A stretch of DNA of 55,726 nucleotides from a virus (Duplodnaviria > Caudoviricetes). The position numbers and the translations under genes were made by a program. The stretch lies in IMG/VR virus record IMGVR_UViG_3300017938_000011, positions 1 to 55,726 of that record. The stretch is one strand, 5' to 3'. Within the stretch, counting starts at the first letter, position 1. Each line of letters begins with the position of its first letter. A model generated the notes under the pieces. That model saw only the letters and a list, made by a program, of their open reading frames with translations, did no database searches and was not told the origin of the DNA. Below are positions 35,244 to 44,875 of the stretch, in pieces.

Positions 35244-36305
35244 CTATAACGGCGGATTGCTTGCTAATACTTGCTGATTCGGCGCAAGCGTAAACACGGT
35301 TACCCACGCATCAGCACTTGGTTGTCGGAAGTCTCCGTAATGATGAATGTCATGAATCCAGAATCCTCCTTGAAAAGTCGCCTTCAAATTCACCAACGAT
35401 GAATTAGCCGCTTGCGTGTTCTTGATCAAATACGGAGGCAAGGTTACTTGCTGGAAAACCGTCAGATCGCCCCGCATGACGGTCTTCATGGAAATCATCC
35501 CTGCCTCGATCCATGTCGGCTGCCCGATGAGGTCTTGAAATGCGATCTGCTTGGCGTTGCCTGTCTGCGGATTGCTGTTGTCGGAAATCAAAAAACCACC
35601 TTGCGAAGTGACTACGATCATGACGCCCGGATAGCCTTGCGTGCCATTGGGGTCGATCGAGTTCTTGCTTAGTTGTTGAACGATCCAGCCGAACTCTTCG
35701 ATCGTCGGATATTTGCCGAATTGACCTGGCGCTGGCGTGGCGATGTTGGGATTAATGTTGCCGAGCGTGATCTGCGCGCCGGGATACGCCGTCTGCAAGG
35801 CGTTCTGAATCGCTTGGCCGAATGGCGTTCCGGCTTTCCAATTCAGGACGATATTCTTCGGCTTTCCGAGTGTTCCAACACCACCCGTATTGGACGATGT
35901 CGCGAATGGTCCCGGCATGACGACGAGGTCCAACGTCATCGCCGTTCCAATCCAATTTCCAAACGCCTGAAATATCTTGCCTTGGCAGATGAGACCTTGT
36001 TCGGCCGGATTTGCTAACGGAAGTCCTTTTGCCATCCCCGCAAAAACTTTGATGTTCTTGCCAGCGAGATTGTTTGCTTGGCTGATTTCCTGAAGGCTGA
36101 TTCCCCAGATGCGAACGGTGCCGAAATTCGCTGGCGTGGCGGCGTTGATGATCGCGATGTCGATTTCGACGTTCCAAGCCGACGGCAACGTCTGTCCGTT
36201 CGCGTAGCTTCCGTAGCTTTGATTTCCGAGCAAATTGCCAAAACCCGGAGGGGTGTAAAGCGCGCCTGTTTTGGCGTCGGTGATGATGATCGAATAGAAT
36301 CTCAT
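35244..36305 (-). CDS. Baseplate hub protein
   Basis: VRIWGI, AGMAKGLPLA, DLIGQPTW, HYGDFRQ...W. Confidence 0.8.
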   Translation of the reverse strand: MRFYSIIITDAKTGALYTPPGFGNLLGNQSYGSYANGQTLPSAWNVEIDIAIINAATPANFGTVRIWGISLQEISQANNLAGKNIKVFAGMAKGLPLANPAEQGLICQGKIFQAFGNWIGTAMTLDLVVMPGPFATSSNTGGVGTLGKPKNIVLNWKAGTPFGQAIQNALQTAYPGAQITLGNINPNIATPAPGQFGKYPTIEEFGWIVQQLSKNSIDPNGTQGYPGVMIVVTSQGGFLISDNSNPQTGNAKQIAFQDLIGQPTWIEAGMISMKTVMRGDLTVFQQVTLPPYLIKNTQAANSSLVNLKATFQGGFWIHDIHHYGDFRQPSADAWVTVFTLAPNQQVLASNPPL

Positions 36306-36814
36306 GGCGAGACTTCAAATTGCGAACTGGATTCGCGAAACACGAGTGATGACGTGAACGGAGTTCCGTTCTCATCGCTGAACCCGCCGACCAAATTCAG
36401 ATTAAAATTCGCGACGCCGAAACTTGTCGCGGCGCCTGGATCGGGAGCAAGATCGTATTGAAATTTGGTAGGGCTGATTATCAAGCAATCAAACAATCCG
36501 CTGTACGCGCTCGGCGTCGCTCCAGAGATTGTCAGCGCGACAACGCTGCCGATTGTATAGCCGTGCGGCGCTTCTGTGGTCGCCGTCACGATTCCGATCG
36601 TTGACCAAGACAGAGATTCGATGATGATGCCGCTCGGAGAGGCGATCAACGGTTGCGAGACGATCAACGCGCCATTGAGCGAATAAAGATTCAGATACCA
36701 TCGTTGCCCGAAGACATTCCAAGTCACCGTCGCGTTATAGGTCTGCCCGTCCAAAACTGGTTGAAAGGAGAATGCTTGTGACGTGCTCGGGACGAAGTTC
36801 GTAAACGTGGTCAT
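36302..36814 (-). CDS. Baseplate plug-like protein
   Basis: FSFQPVLDGQTY...WNVFGQRWY; SSLVFRES. Confidence 0.75.
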   Translation of the reverse strand: MTTFTNFVPSTSQAFSFQPVLDGQTYNATVTWNVFGQRWYLNLYSLNGALIVSQPLIASPSGIIIESLSWSTIGIVTATTEAPHGYTIGSVVALTISGATPSAYSGLFDCLIISPTKFQYDLAPDPGAATSFGVANFNLNLVGGFSDENGTPFTSSLVFRESSSQFEVSP

Positions 36815-37548
36815 GGCTGAGGTGCCACAGTGCCGCCGCCGGCCGGGTTAGCGAGAGCGGGAACGGTGGCCGGTCCAGCATCGCTTACTGTCGTGCCGAC
36901 GTTCGTCGAGAGACCGTATGGTGATGCCGATGTCACGGCCGTTCCGTTAGTAATTTGGCTCATGAGACCGTTAAGTGATTGCTGCGCCCCGACCGCATCG
37001 GAGAGTGTCAGCAGTGGTTGTTCAAAGTCCCACTGCCAAGTGTTTTGCGCTTGTTTGTCGTTCGTGTTCGACGTGTCGAACAGCCGCTTGAAGACGCAGC
37101 TCGTGAAGAAGAACGACGGCGTCGCACAGATGTAGGTTCCGCCCTGTGCGTTGTGCTGCGAGAGCGCGGCCCGGAGCGCGAGCATTGTCGCCAGCTTCAC
37201 CGCGTAGCCCGCTTCACCGCTTGCCGGGCAGATCATCCGGTAAGAAACCGGAAGCGATTGCCGAATGACCGCGTTCGCCGCGGTCGCTTGGTTGGCGAAC
37301 GGATACTTGCCGAGTTCCTGCGCGAGCATCTCCGTTCCTGGCAGCGGGTGGAAATTCGCGAAAAAGTCGTCGAGATTGGCCAGTTCGCTGCCGCCAGAAA
37401 GCAAACCTTCAGTGAAATTCGCCGCTTCGGTCAAACTGACTATGGGTAGCATATTGCCGGGCATCCCCGTCGCGATGCCGTTTTGCAAAATGATCGGCGA
37501 AAGCTGGAAGCTCAAGCGATATGCGGCAAGACCAGGAGAGATACCCAT
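36811..37548 (-). CDS. Tail/baseplate initiator protein
   Basis: YPFANQATAANA, WQWDFEQPL; follows the tape measure gene. Confidence 0.7.
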   Translation of the reverse strand: MGISPGLAAYRLSFQLSPIILQNGIATGMPGNMLPIVSLTEAANFTEGLLSGGSELANLDDFFANFHPLPGTEMLAQELGKYPFANQATAANAVIRQSLPVSYRMICPASGEAGYAVKLATMLALRAALSQHNAQGGTYICATPSFFFTSCVFKRLFDTSNTNDKQAQNTWQWDFEQPLLTLSDAVGAQQSLNGLMSQITNGTAVTSASPYGLSTNVGTTVSDAGPATVPALANPAGGGTVAPQP

Positions 37549-37712
37549 CGGCTATTTCCTTCGGAGTGGTTTTCTCATCCTGATCGTTCGAGAGGCTTCT
37601 TCGAGCGTTCTCCGTCGGCGGTTATGAAACATCAGAGAACCAGGAAAACGGCGCTTGATAATGTCGTACAAGCATGATGCGAAAGTAAGTTCCTTACGAT
37701 AAACCGCCATCT

Positions 37713-39362
37713 TTAGTTTCCTGTTTTCAGTCCGTTGACGATGGTGGCGACATTCGCGCCGGTCGTGTTGTGAATTTCGACCTTGACCGAACTGTCTCGA
37801 TATTGATTGTAGCTGGCCGCGCGTTCCAGATAACGCTGCGTCTCCGCCGGCAGCACGGCGGGATTGTCGCCAGCCCTTTTGAATCGGTTCGCGGCGCCGG
37901 GACCGGCGTTGTAAGCGGCGAGAACTTCGGCGATGTTGCCACCATATTGCCGGTAAAGATCGTTCAAAATCGCTTGGGCAACTTTCTCGTTATAGGCCGG
38001 ATCAGTTAGCCGCGAGGGATCGTACCCGTATTGCCGCGCGGTGCCCGGCATGATCTGGTAACGCCCGATCGCACCTTTCGGACTGATGGCGGTGTCACCG
38101 CTACCTTCCAATTTACGAACCAAACCTAGAAGATCAGATGATGTATGGAGCGCGCGATCGAGAAAACTGCCTTTTTCAATAGTCGGATCAAAGGTGCCGA
38201 GTGGTCCCAGATCGAGCAATGGCTTATCGGAGAAGATGCGACGGCCTCCGGCATCCTCAGTCTTGGGAAGCTTCCCGGTGATCCATGTAGAAAAGTCGTC
38301 GATAACAGTCCCAAATTTTTTGACCGTTTGCTTGAAGTCGTCGCCACCGATATAGCCTGCGAAAGCCTTCAAAGCGTCTCCCGATTCATCGACCCATTTC
38401 TTGAGTTCTGGGACACCAAACAAAGAACTGATGAGTTCCTGGATGCCTTCCGAAAGTTTTTTCAGACCAGGAGCGAGCGGAACGAGACCTTGGATGAACG
38501 TGTTTTTGATGCTCTTGCCGGAGAAATCTATGTACATCGTCAAATCTTGCCACTTCATCAACGTGTCGTCGTCGATTTTCAGCTTCCGCGCGTAGTCGGC
38601 TTGCGTCGCCAGAGTCCTTTCAAATTCCGCGGGCCTAGTCCGTTTCAATCGTTCGAGATCGAACTCCGAGACGCCTTGCAGACGATAGGCTTGGATCGTC
38701 TGAGCGAACAATCTCGGATCGGTCCTGTCGGCGAGTTCCTTTAATTTGCGAAGATAGGAGATGCCGAGTTCTGCGGTATCGCCACCCGGCCGCACACCGA
38801 GACTGAGCAGTCCGACGCTTTTGGTGATGTCGAATCTCGCTCCCGCCACGGCTTCTAAAAAGCCGGGACCGACGAAACGTTCGGTGCCGGTCTGGAACGC
38901 CTCTTGGCCGCCAAATGTCGTTCCCAAGCCAAGCGCGGAGCGGCGGCCAGCAGCGGCGCTGGCGGCGAGGCGGTCGATCCCGAATAAGCCGCCCGCACCG
39001 ATTAAGCCGGAAACTATCCCGGTGATTCCGCTCCAACGAATCAGCGAAATCGTCGCTTCCTTGATGTTCGTCGAGAAATTCTTGGTGTACGTGGACATCT
39101 CGCGCCAGAACCGGGACGACCGTTCCAGATGCGCGTTTGTGGCGTTTTGCTCGGCCGCCGCGATGCGCGCGAGGTCGTTCTGCGCCAGGATGGCGGCGGC
39201 GATCGCCTCGAAGCCCTTCCGCTGCGCCTGGATCTCCTTGGTCGCGGCGGCCCAAGCGCCAGGAGCTTTCTCTAAAGTTTTTTGATATTTTTCATAGAGA
39301 TTTGCAAAATTTTTGAACGCCGCGTCATCGACCTGAACGTCTATTATACTTTTGACGGCCAT
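37713..39362 (-). CDS. Tape measure-like protein with C-terminal SLT lytic transglycosylase
   Basis: Helical N-terminus; LEGSG...AISPKGAIGRYQIMPGTA, LAAYNAGPG. Confidence 0.85.
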   Translation of the reverse strand: MAVKSIIDVQVDDAAFKNFANLYEKYQKTLEKAPGAWAAATKEIQAQRKGFEAIAAAILAQNDLARIAAAEQNATNAHLERSSRFWREMSTYTKNFSTNIKEATISLIRWSGITGIVSGLIGAGGLFGIDRLAASAAAGRRSALGLGTTFGGQEAFQTGTERFVGPGFLEAVAGARFDITKSVGLLSLGVRPGGDTAELGISYLRKLKELADRTDPRLFAQTIQAYRLQGVSEFDLERLKRTRPAEFERTLATQADYARKLKIDDDTLMKWQDLTMYIDFSGKSIKNTFIQGLVPLAPGLKKLSEGIQELISSLFGVPELKKWVDESGDALKAFAGYIGGDDFKQTVKKFGTVIDDFSTWITGKLPKTEDAGGRRIFSDKPLLDLGPLGTFDPTIEKGSFLDRALHTSSDLLGLVRKLEGSGDTAISPKGAIGRYQIMPGTARQYGYDPSRLTDPAYNEKVAQAILNDLYRQYGGNIAEVLAAYNAGPGAANRFKRAGDNPAVLPAETQRYLERAASYNQYRDSSVKVEIHNTTGANVATIVNGLKTGN

Positions 39363-39463
39363 CTAAAGCCCCCGCGCATAACGTTGCCGGAATTGATGGG
39401 CGTCGTCGAAGTCCAGCCCGATCTGCTTGGCGAACTCGCCGAAGCCTTCGTTCGCCACCCAAC

Positions 39464-40159
39464 TCAATGCGGCAGCAATGCAGGTCTGCCTTCCGCGGGC
39501 GCATTCGCAGGATCCGGTTTGTGCGCCGCAGACGCAGACGCCGGTTCGCCAGAACTGGCGGTCGCGGTCGACGTCCCCAAGGAACTCGCGAAGGCCGTAG
39601 CGTTCAATGGCGAGAGTCGCGCGTCCCAAAGGTCCGCCACCGCCTCGAGCATCTGCTTGCGCGGCTCGCGGGGCAATGTGGCAGAAGTCGCAATAAAAAA
39701 AAGGACGGCGTTCTCGACCTCCGCCTTGTCTTCCGAATCGAGCTTCTTCTGCGCGACTGCGACTTCGAGCGGGATGGCGTGCCAGCCTTTTTCTGTTGGA
39801 ACAATCACGTTCGTCAAACGCCTGATTTCCTCGACGAGTCCTTTGTCGACGCCGTCGTCTCCGTCCCAAGCGTTCGACGCCATCGCGATGTTTTTCAAGA
39901 TGCGCATGGCTTTCGCCGGTCCAGCGGTAACGCCGAGACCGAGGCCAAAGCATCCGGAATATGTCTGCGCGAGGATGATCTCGTACTTTTCCAGAACCTC
40001 GCCAGCGAGCGGGACGGAGTGAACCCATGCGATGACCGTCCGCGTCATGACCGGCTTACCGTTCTTCGTTTCTGGCTTTCCGTCAGAGCCGAACTTGGCG
40101 ATTTCCTCACCGTAAATAGGGACTACAAAATTCAGATGCCGGTTGATCTTCAGCCCCAC
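39464..40159 (-). CDS. Tail assembly chaperone; -1 frameshift form extends to 39363
   Basis: Between tube and tape measure; slippery CTT-TTT-TTT at 39695-39703; -1 frame ends 1 nt before the TMP ATG. Confidence 0.75.
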   Translation of the reverse strand: MGLKINRHLNFVVPIYGEEIAKFGSDGKPETKNGKPVMTRTVIAWVHSVPLAGEVLEKYEIILAQTYSGCFGLGLGVTAGPAKAMRILKNIAMASNAWDGDDGVDKGLVEEIRRLTNVIVPTEKGWHAIPLEVAVAQKKLDSEDKAEVENAVLFFIATSATLPREPRKQMLEAVADLWDARLSPLNATAFASSLGTSTATASSGEPASASAAHKPDPANAPAEGRPALLPH

Positions 40160-40172
40160 GCGCGCTCTCCCG

Positions 40173-40613
40173 TCAGTTGAAGGCGTTGGCGTTGACGTAG
40201 TAGACGCCGCGCAAAGTAATTCCCCACAATGGCGTCGTGCCATTGAAGGTCATTTCGCCGACGCCTTGAATCGCCATGCGATTTAATTGGTAAGGACCAA
40301 GCCCAGATGAGACATCTGGCCATGCCGTCCCATCGCCGATGATCGAGTTGGATTCCATCTGAGACTTATAGGCATCGGAAAGTGATTGAGTCTTCAGCAG
40401 CGAGATGAGGAGGCTCACCGGCATGTATGGCTGCGGCGACTGAACAATATTAGTCATCGTCTCGTGCTGAATCGTCGTCGATCCTTCCAAACGAAGCAGC
40501 AAACCAGCTTTGTCCATGAAGGAAGCCGTGACATTCAGACCAGAGAAATTCGCCCAATTAACTGACGCCTTTAGCAGGTTCAGTTGGCCCTGGTCGATGA
40601 GCGGATTGCCCAT
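40173..40613 (-). CDS. Tail tube protein
   Basis: 146 aa directly after the sheath; NPLIDQGQLN, VQSPQPY. Confidence 0.75.
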   Translation of the reverse strand: MGNPLIDQGQLNLLKASVNWANFSGLNVTASFMDKAGLLLRLEGSTTIQHETMTNIVQSPQPYMPVSLLISLLKTQSLSDAYKSQMESNSIIGDGTAWPDVSSGLGPYQLNRMAIQGVGEMTFNGTTPLWGITLRGVYYVNANAFN

Positions 40614-40624
40614 GCTTCAGCTCC

Positions 40625-42265
40625 TCACGTCGTGAAGGACGATACGCTGATGTTCACCGTGATCGATTCGAACCCGATCAGCGGCGTGTAGTCGATCGAG
40701 ATGCCATCGTAGGTCCCGGGCGCGTAGTCGTTCGGGTTCTCCGTGACGTAGCTCGCGAACGGATCGGCGTTGACCACCGTGAAGCCGTCGTAGGTCCCGT
40801 TGTCCAACGCGGCGACGAAGTCCGCGGCGTCGAGCGTCGTCATCTTTACGTTGTTGAGCACGAGTCCATCCGTGATGCCGGTATTCATCGTCGAAACGGC
40901 GACTTGTTGCAGTGTGTTGATCCCGGCTTGATTGTAGTAGATCGGATTCTGCGGATTGTTCGCCGCCTCGATCAGCGCAGCGGTGATGTTCACCGCGAGG
41001 TTAGTCTGCACCCAATCGATCGAATACCAATAGTTGAACGGATTGCCATCGAGCGTATTGCCGCCGATCAGGATGTTCGCCGAGATTCCGCCCGCCGCGC
41101 CGGTGCCGACGAAGTTGACGTTGCCGACGTTGAGTTCTGTGAGCAACGCCGCATTGCCCTCGGTCGGAAACGGTGTCACGCCGACAAGGTAGGACAAGTT
41201 GAGCGGCGTGACTTTGTTGGTCGATGACGGCTTGTAATTCAGCGTCACGCGGAAATCGGAGGCGTGGCTGAACTCAGTCGGCGGGATGCCAGCGGAGGCG
41301 TATTGGCTCTGAACGAGCGTGCCGAGCTGCGTCTCCGCCCCGGTCGCTGCCGGGACGTTGAAGACGATCGCGTCGGTGGCGGTGCCGGGAAGCGCGAGGA
41401 ACCAGCCGTTGTATGCGGCCGGAAGATTGCCGGAGAGCTGGAAATACTCACCCGGAGAGACGCCGTGGTTCGTCGTCGTCACCGCCGTCGCCGTCCCAGA
41501 AGTCTGTGTCAGTCCGGTCAGCGCGTTCGCCGGCCAGACGCCGTAAGCCGGACATTCGATCATGAGATCGACGCACTTGTCCGTGTCGGGATAAAGCTGC
41601 CAATTCTGCAGCGTCGTCGTGACGAAGAAGTAAATCTTCGACGTCGTCGCGTTGAAGTTCGCCAGGAAGGCGAGGAACGAGGCGTTGCCGTCCCAGGATC
41701 GCGGCACGAGGTACGAGTAGAACGTGTTCGGGTTCGCCGCGATCCATGTCGTCAAGAATGCGACGCCAGCACTCGGTTCCCCCGGACCCAACTCGAGGAC
41801 GGTAACGCTCTGTGCGGTGCCTTGCGCGAAGAAGGTCGTCGCCATCGCGACGAGCTCGGCCTGGTTCCGCGGCGTATAGGTGATCGTTCCCGTCGCGGGC
41901 GACGTGCCGCCGTCGGAGGCCAGCTCGTAAGTGAACTGCGACACCGTCGTGGCAGTGGCAAGGACCGTGCCGTTGTAAACCGCCGGAATCGCCCCGGCGA
42001 TCATGGTAAGGAATTGGTCGCCGACCGCGACGCCGTGGTTGACCGACGCCGTTGCCGTCGCGACGCCTCCTGACCACGACAGGTTGGAGATGGCTAGCGG
42101 AGCCGCCAGGATCGGCGTCAGGTCGGAAGGCTGCGTCAGGAGAGACTTCGTGCCCGGGCTCGTGTTCGTCCCGCCTTGCGAGATGAAGGCTCCGGTCTTC
42201 TGCAGCGTCGGTGGTGCCGGGGCAACGAGAACGCTTACGTTGACGGAAACTATCGGATTGCTCAT
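40625..42265 (-). CDS. Tail sheath protein
   Basis: MATTFFAQG, YWYSIDWVQ, PIYYNQAGINTLQ, NPNDY. Confidence 0.85.
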   Translation of the reverse strand: MSNPIVSVNVSVLVAPAPPTLQKTGAFISQGGTNTSPGTKSLLTQPSDLTPILAAPLAISNLSWSGGVATATASVNHGVAVGDQFLTMIAGAIPAVYNGTVLATATTVSQFTYELASDGGTSPATGTITYTPRNQAELVAMATTFFAQGTAQSVTVLELGPGEPSAGVAFLTTWIAANPNTFYSYLVPRSWDGNASFLAFLANFNATTSKIYFFVTTTLQNWQLYPDTDKCVDLMIECPAYGVWPANALTGLTQTSGTATAVTTTNHGVSPGEYFQLSGNLPAAYNGWFLALPGTATDAIVFNVPAATGAETQLGTLVQSQYASAGIPPTEFSHASDFRVTLNYKPSSTNKVTPLNLSYLVGVTPFPTEGNAALLTELNVGNVNFVGTGAAGGISANILIGGNTLDGNPFNYWYSIDWVQTNLAVNITAALIEAANNPQNPIYYNQAGINTLQQVAVSTMNTGITDGLVLNNVKMTTLDAADFVAALDNGTYDGFTVVNADPFASYVTENPNDYAPGTYDGISIDYTPLIGFESITVNISVSSFTT

Positions 42266-42280
42266 ACGGCGATTTCCTTC

Positions 42281-42481
42281 TCAGTGACCGCCGACTACGC
42301 TGCGCGGGATGCTGCCGCAGAGCGCGGGAACGATGAATTGGCCGAAATTGGCGAACACGACTGGACCACCGGGATTGCCGACCGCGACCACACTCCCGGC
42401 TCCCAAGTTGATCTGCTCTTGAAATCCGGACGGATTGACCGGCCGGGCCGGGATGGCCAATGGGACGAGACCCTGCGGCAT
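42281..42481 (-). CDS. Small hypothetical virion protein
   Basis: MPQG start shared with the upstream gene; AGGA RBS. Confidence 0.55.
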   Translation of the reverse strand: MPQGLVPLAIPARPVNPSGFQEQINLGAGSVVAVGNPGGPVVFANFGQFIVPALCGSIPRSVVGGH

Positions 42482-42499
42482 GACGTTTTCCTTCTAAGA

Positions 42500-43438
42500 T
42501 CAACTGGCCGGGATGCCGATGTTGTTCGTGGTCGGCGCTGCGGTCGACAACTGGCCGACCCAGATTTGCGACGAAGACGCCGCGATGGAGTTGGCGCCGA
42601 TCGAGATGCAATTCGGGCTGAGGATGACGTCGCCGTTCGGTGAGCCGAGCGCGTTGGAGATCGCGGCCGTCATCGCCGTGCCAAAGCTGTGAAGCAGACA
42701 ATCATCCAGCCAAAGATAACGATCCATGCCGCCGGATTGGACGAGGACATGGACGTTGCCGGCAAGTCCGTTCCAACACTGGAACGCGCTGGATCGGATG
42801 ATGTTGCGCGGCGATCCGCCGACGATCTCGATCGTGGCGTTCGCGTTGTTGATCCGTTCGATGGTGTCGAGGCCGAAGGTGCAGCCGACGAACAGGTTTT
42901 CGCCCGCGCCGCCGATGGTGAGAGAGCGCATCGCCGCCGCCGCTGCGACGTTGGCGTCGCCGCCGCCGAGGAACTGGACGTTCGAGTAGAAGTTCCGACC
43001 GCCGGCCTCCTCCCAACAAATCGGCGTGGTCGGTGCCGTCAGACTCGACGCGCCGTAACCGTAGAAGGTGCCGAGATTGACGAATGAACAACCCTCCGCT
43101 GTGACGTTGACCAGCGGGCCGAACGCGGTCCATTGAATCTGCGTGAGGCTGTCGGCGACAGAAATTCTGCCTCTGTCGTTGTCGGAGGGAGCGGATAGAC
43201 CGACCAGGGAGACGCCGTTCTTGGCCCAGTTCAGCGTAGCGGATTGGTGCGACGTCCCCATCAGATAGACGACGTCATTATTGTTCGCCACTGCGGCGTT
43301 TTGAGCGGCGGGGAGCGTCGCGAAAGGGAGCTGCGCATTGCCAGGATAGTTGTCGTTCCCGGTCGACTCATTGACGAACCACGAGTTTCCGATGGCGGCA
43401 CTGTTGGTGACCCGGACGGCGATCGGCCCCTGCGGCAT
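42500..43438 (-). CDS. Beta-helix virion protein
   Basis: WFVNESTGNDNYPG...PFATLPAA, DVVYL; AGGAGG RBS. Confidence 0.7.
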   Translation of the reverse strand: MPQGPIAVRVTNSAAIGNSWFVNESTGNDNYPGNAQLPFATLPAAQNAAVANNNDVVYLMGTSHQSATLNWAKNGVSLVGLSAPSDNDRGRISVADSLTQIQWTAFGPLVNVTAEGCSFVNLGTFYGYGASSLTAPTTPICWEEAGGRNFYSNVQFLGGGDANVAAAAAMRSLTIGGAGENLFVGCTFGLDTIERINNANATIEIVGGSPRNIIRSSAFQCWNGLAGNVHVLVQSGGMDRYLWLDDCLLHSFGTAMTAAISNALGSPNGDVILSPNCISIGANSIAASSSQIWVGQLSTAAPTTNNIGIPAS

Positions 43439-43533
43439 GGTAGCCCCTCCTGATGGCGGCCGGCGGAATTGAGGCCGCGTCGAAGTTCCGATTCCACCTT
43501 CTACAGCAGAACGAGCCTCCGCACTAGCGGGTT

Positions 43534-44565
43534 TCAGGCCGCCTCGTCCGCTTGGCCGTTGATGTAGTAAGTCGGGATCGCGGTCTTGATGATCTTCTGC
43601 GCGACGTCGCGGATGCGACTCTGGTGATACGAGATTTCCCAGGTGAGCGACTTCTTCATGGCGATGGTGCCGAGCTCGGCCTGCGTCCGCTTCTCGTCCT
43701 GCGGAGCAGGCGAGGCGCTCATCAAGCCGAAAATGCCGACATCGGTGCTGTATTGATTGACGCAATCGACGAAATCCATCGCTTCGTCGTTCCTGGTCCC
43801 CCAGAGCGTGATCTTCACCCGTTCGGCGCAAAGCTGATAATGGCTTGATCTCGACCCGATGCGCGGCGCCAGCGCCAGCGGCCGCGTGCTTTCCGGGAAG
43901 ATGTGCACCGCGGCGAACGGCGGCACGATGTTCGGCGGCACGAGGAACGACGGGTAGAGCGTGATCCCGGGGTTGCCGAATCCGTAGGGCGGATCATAGC
44001 CGTTCAGCGCCAGCCAAGCCGGCAGGCTGTTCGAGACGACGACGCTGGAATCATCGAAATCAGAAACGTCGTCGACGAGCTGGTTCTCCATGTCGGGGTA
44101 GACGGCGTTGCCGAAGTAATGAAATAGCGACGCCTGCCGGTAGAAGTTCTTCCGGTTCGAGAACGCGAACCGCTGGCCCTCGAACTCGGCGACGTAGAGC
44201 AGCGTGGGGCCGACCTTGTTAAGGTCCTGGACCTCCTCGAGCGACGTGAAGGTGACCGCGTTCACCGCCAGCGTCTCTGCCTCTTCCTGGCGGACGTCGA
44301 TGGCATAGTGGAGCGATCCGAGCGCCTTGATCTTAGGCAGCGGCATATCGGCGCTGGAAAGCTGCGCCGCGGCGACGATGTTGGCGAGCGTCACGGCGCT
44401 GAGCAGGTCGGCTCTTATCCAAAAAACCCAAGAATCGAGAGGCAGAACGATTTTGGCGTAGAGCGTGAACTCGACGCGCTGCGTCAGTGATATGGTCTCG
44501 ACGCCAGCGGCGAGGTCGCTGGCGAGCGGCGTCTTGGCGGCTGCGGCTTCCTTGGCTGAACTCAT
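43534..44565 (-). CDS. Neck/tail-completion protein
   Basis: VLPLDSWVFW, GSLHY, VSNSLPAWL, DEKRTQAEL. Confidence 0.7.
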   Translation of the reverse strand: MSSAKEAAAAKTPLASDLAAGVETISLTQRVEFTLYAKIVLPLDSWVFWIRADLLSAVTLANIVAAAQLSSADMPLPKIKALGSLHYAIDVRQEEAETLAVNAVTFTSLEEVQDLNKVGPTLLYVAEFEGQRFAFSNRKNFYRQASLFHYFGNAVYPDMENQLVDDVSDFDDSSVVVSNSLPAWLALNGYDPPYGFGNPGITLYPSFLVPPNIVPPFAAVHIFPESTRPLALAPRIGSRSSHYQLCAERVKITLWGTRNDEAMDFVDCVNQYSTDVGIFGLMSASPAPQDEKRTQAELGTIAMKKSLTWEISYHQSRIRDVAQKIIKTAIPTYYINGQADEAA

Positions 44566-44575
44566 TTTCCGTTCC

Positions 44576-44875
44576 TCATGCCGCGATCAGGTCAGAAGCC
44601 TTGACGAAGAACTTGGTAGCCGGGGACGTCGCGATCACCGCCCCCGTTCCCTGCCATTGATACGTCCATTCCCCAGGGCCGGAAGGCACGAACAGCATGT
44701 AGTAAACGCCGACGCTGGTCCGCACGATGGGAGTGCCGGGACCGTATTCCGTCACGTTGCCCGACGGATCCTCGACGTACAAGATCGTCGTCGTCGGATC
44801 GGCCGGGATGTTGGCGGCCACGTTGTAGAATTTCCCGTTGAGCTGGATCTGCGTGTCGATCTGATACATGTTCAT
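44576..44875 (-). CDS. Small Ig/BppU-like beta-sandwich protein
   Basis: ADPTT...DPSG...GVYY...GEWTYQWQG. Confidence 0.6.
   Translation of the reverse strand: MNMYQIDTQIQLNGKFYNVAANIPADPTTTILYVEDPSGNVTEYGPGTPIVRTSVGVYYMLFVPSGPGEWTYQWQGTGAVIATSPATKFFVKASDLIAA

Noticed and set aside
20040-38230. Other GCTTATC matches (~20044, ~25066, ~31635, ~38222)
   Set aside because: They lack the following (C/G)GGTT..ACAC sequence and have no partner end.
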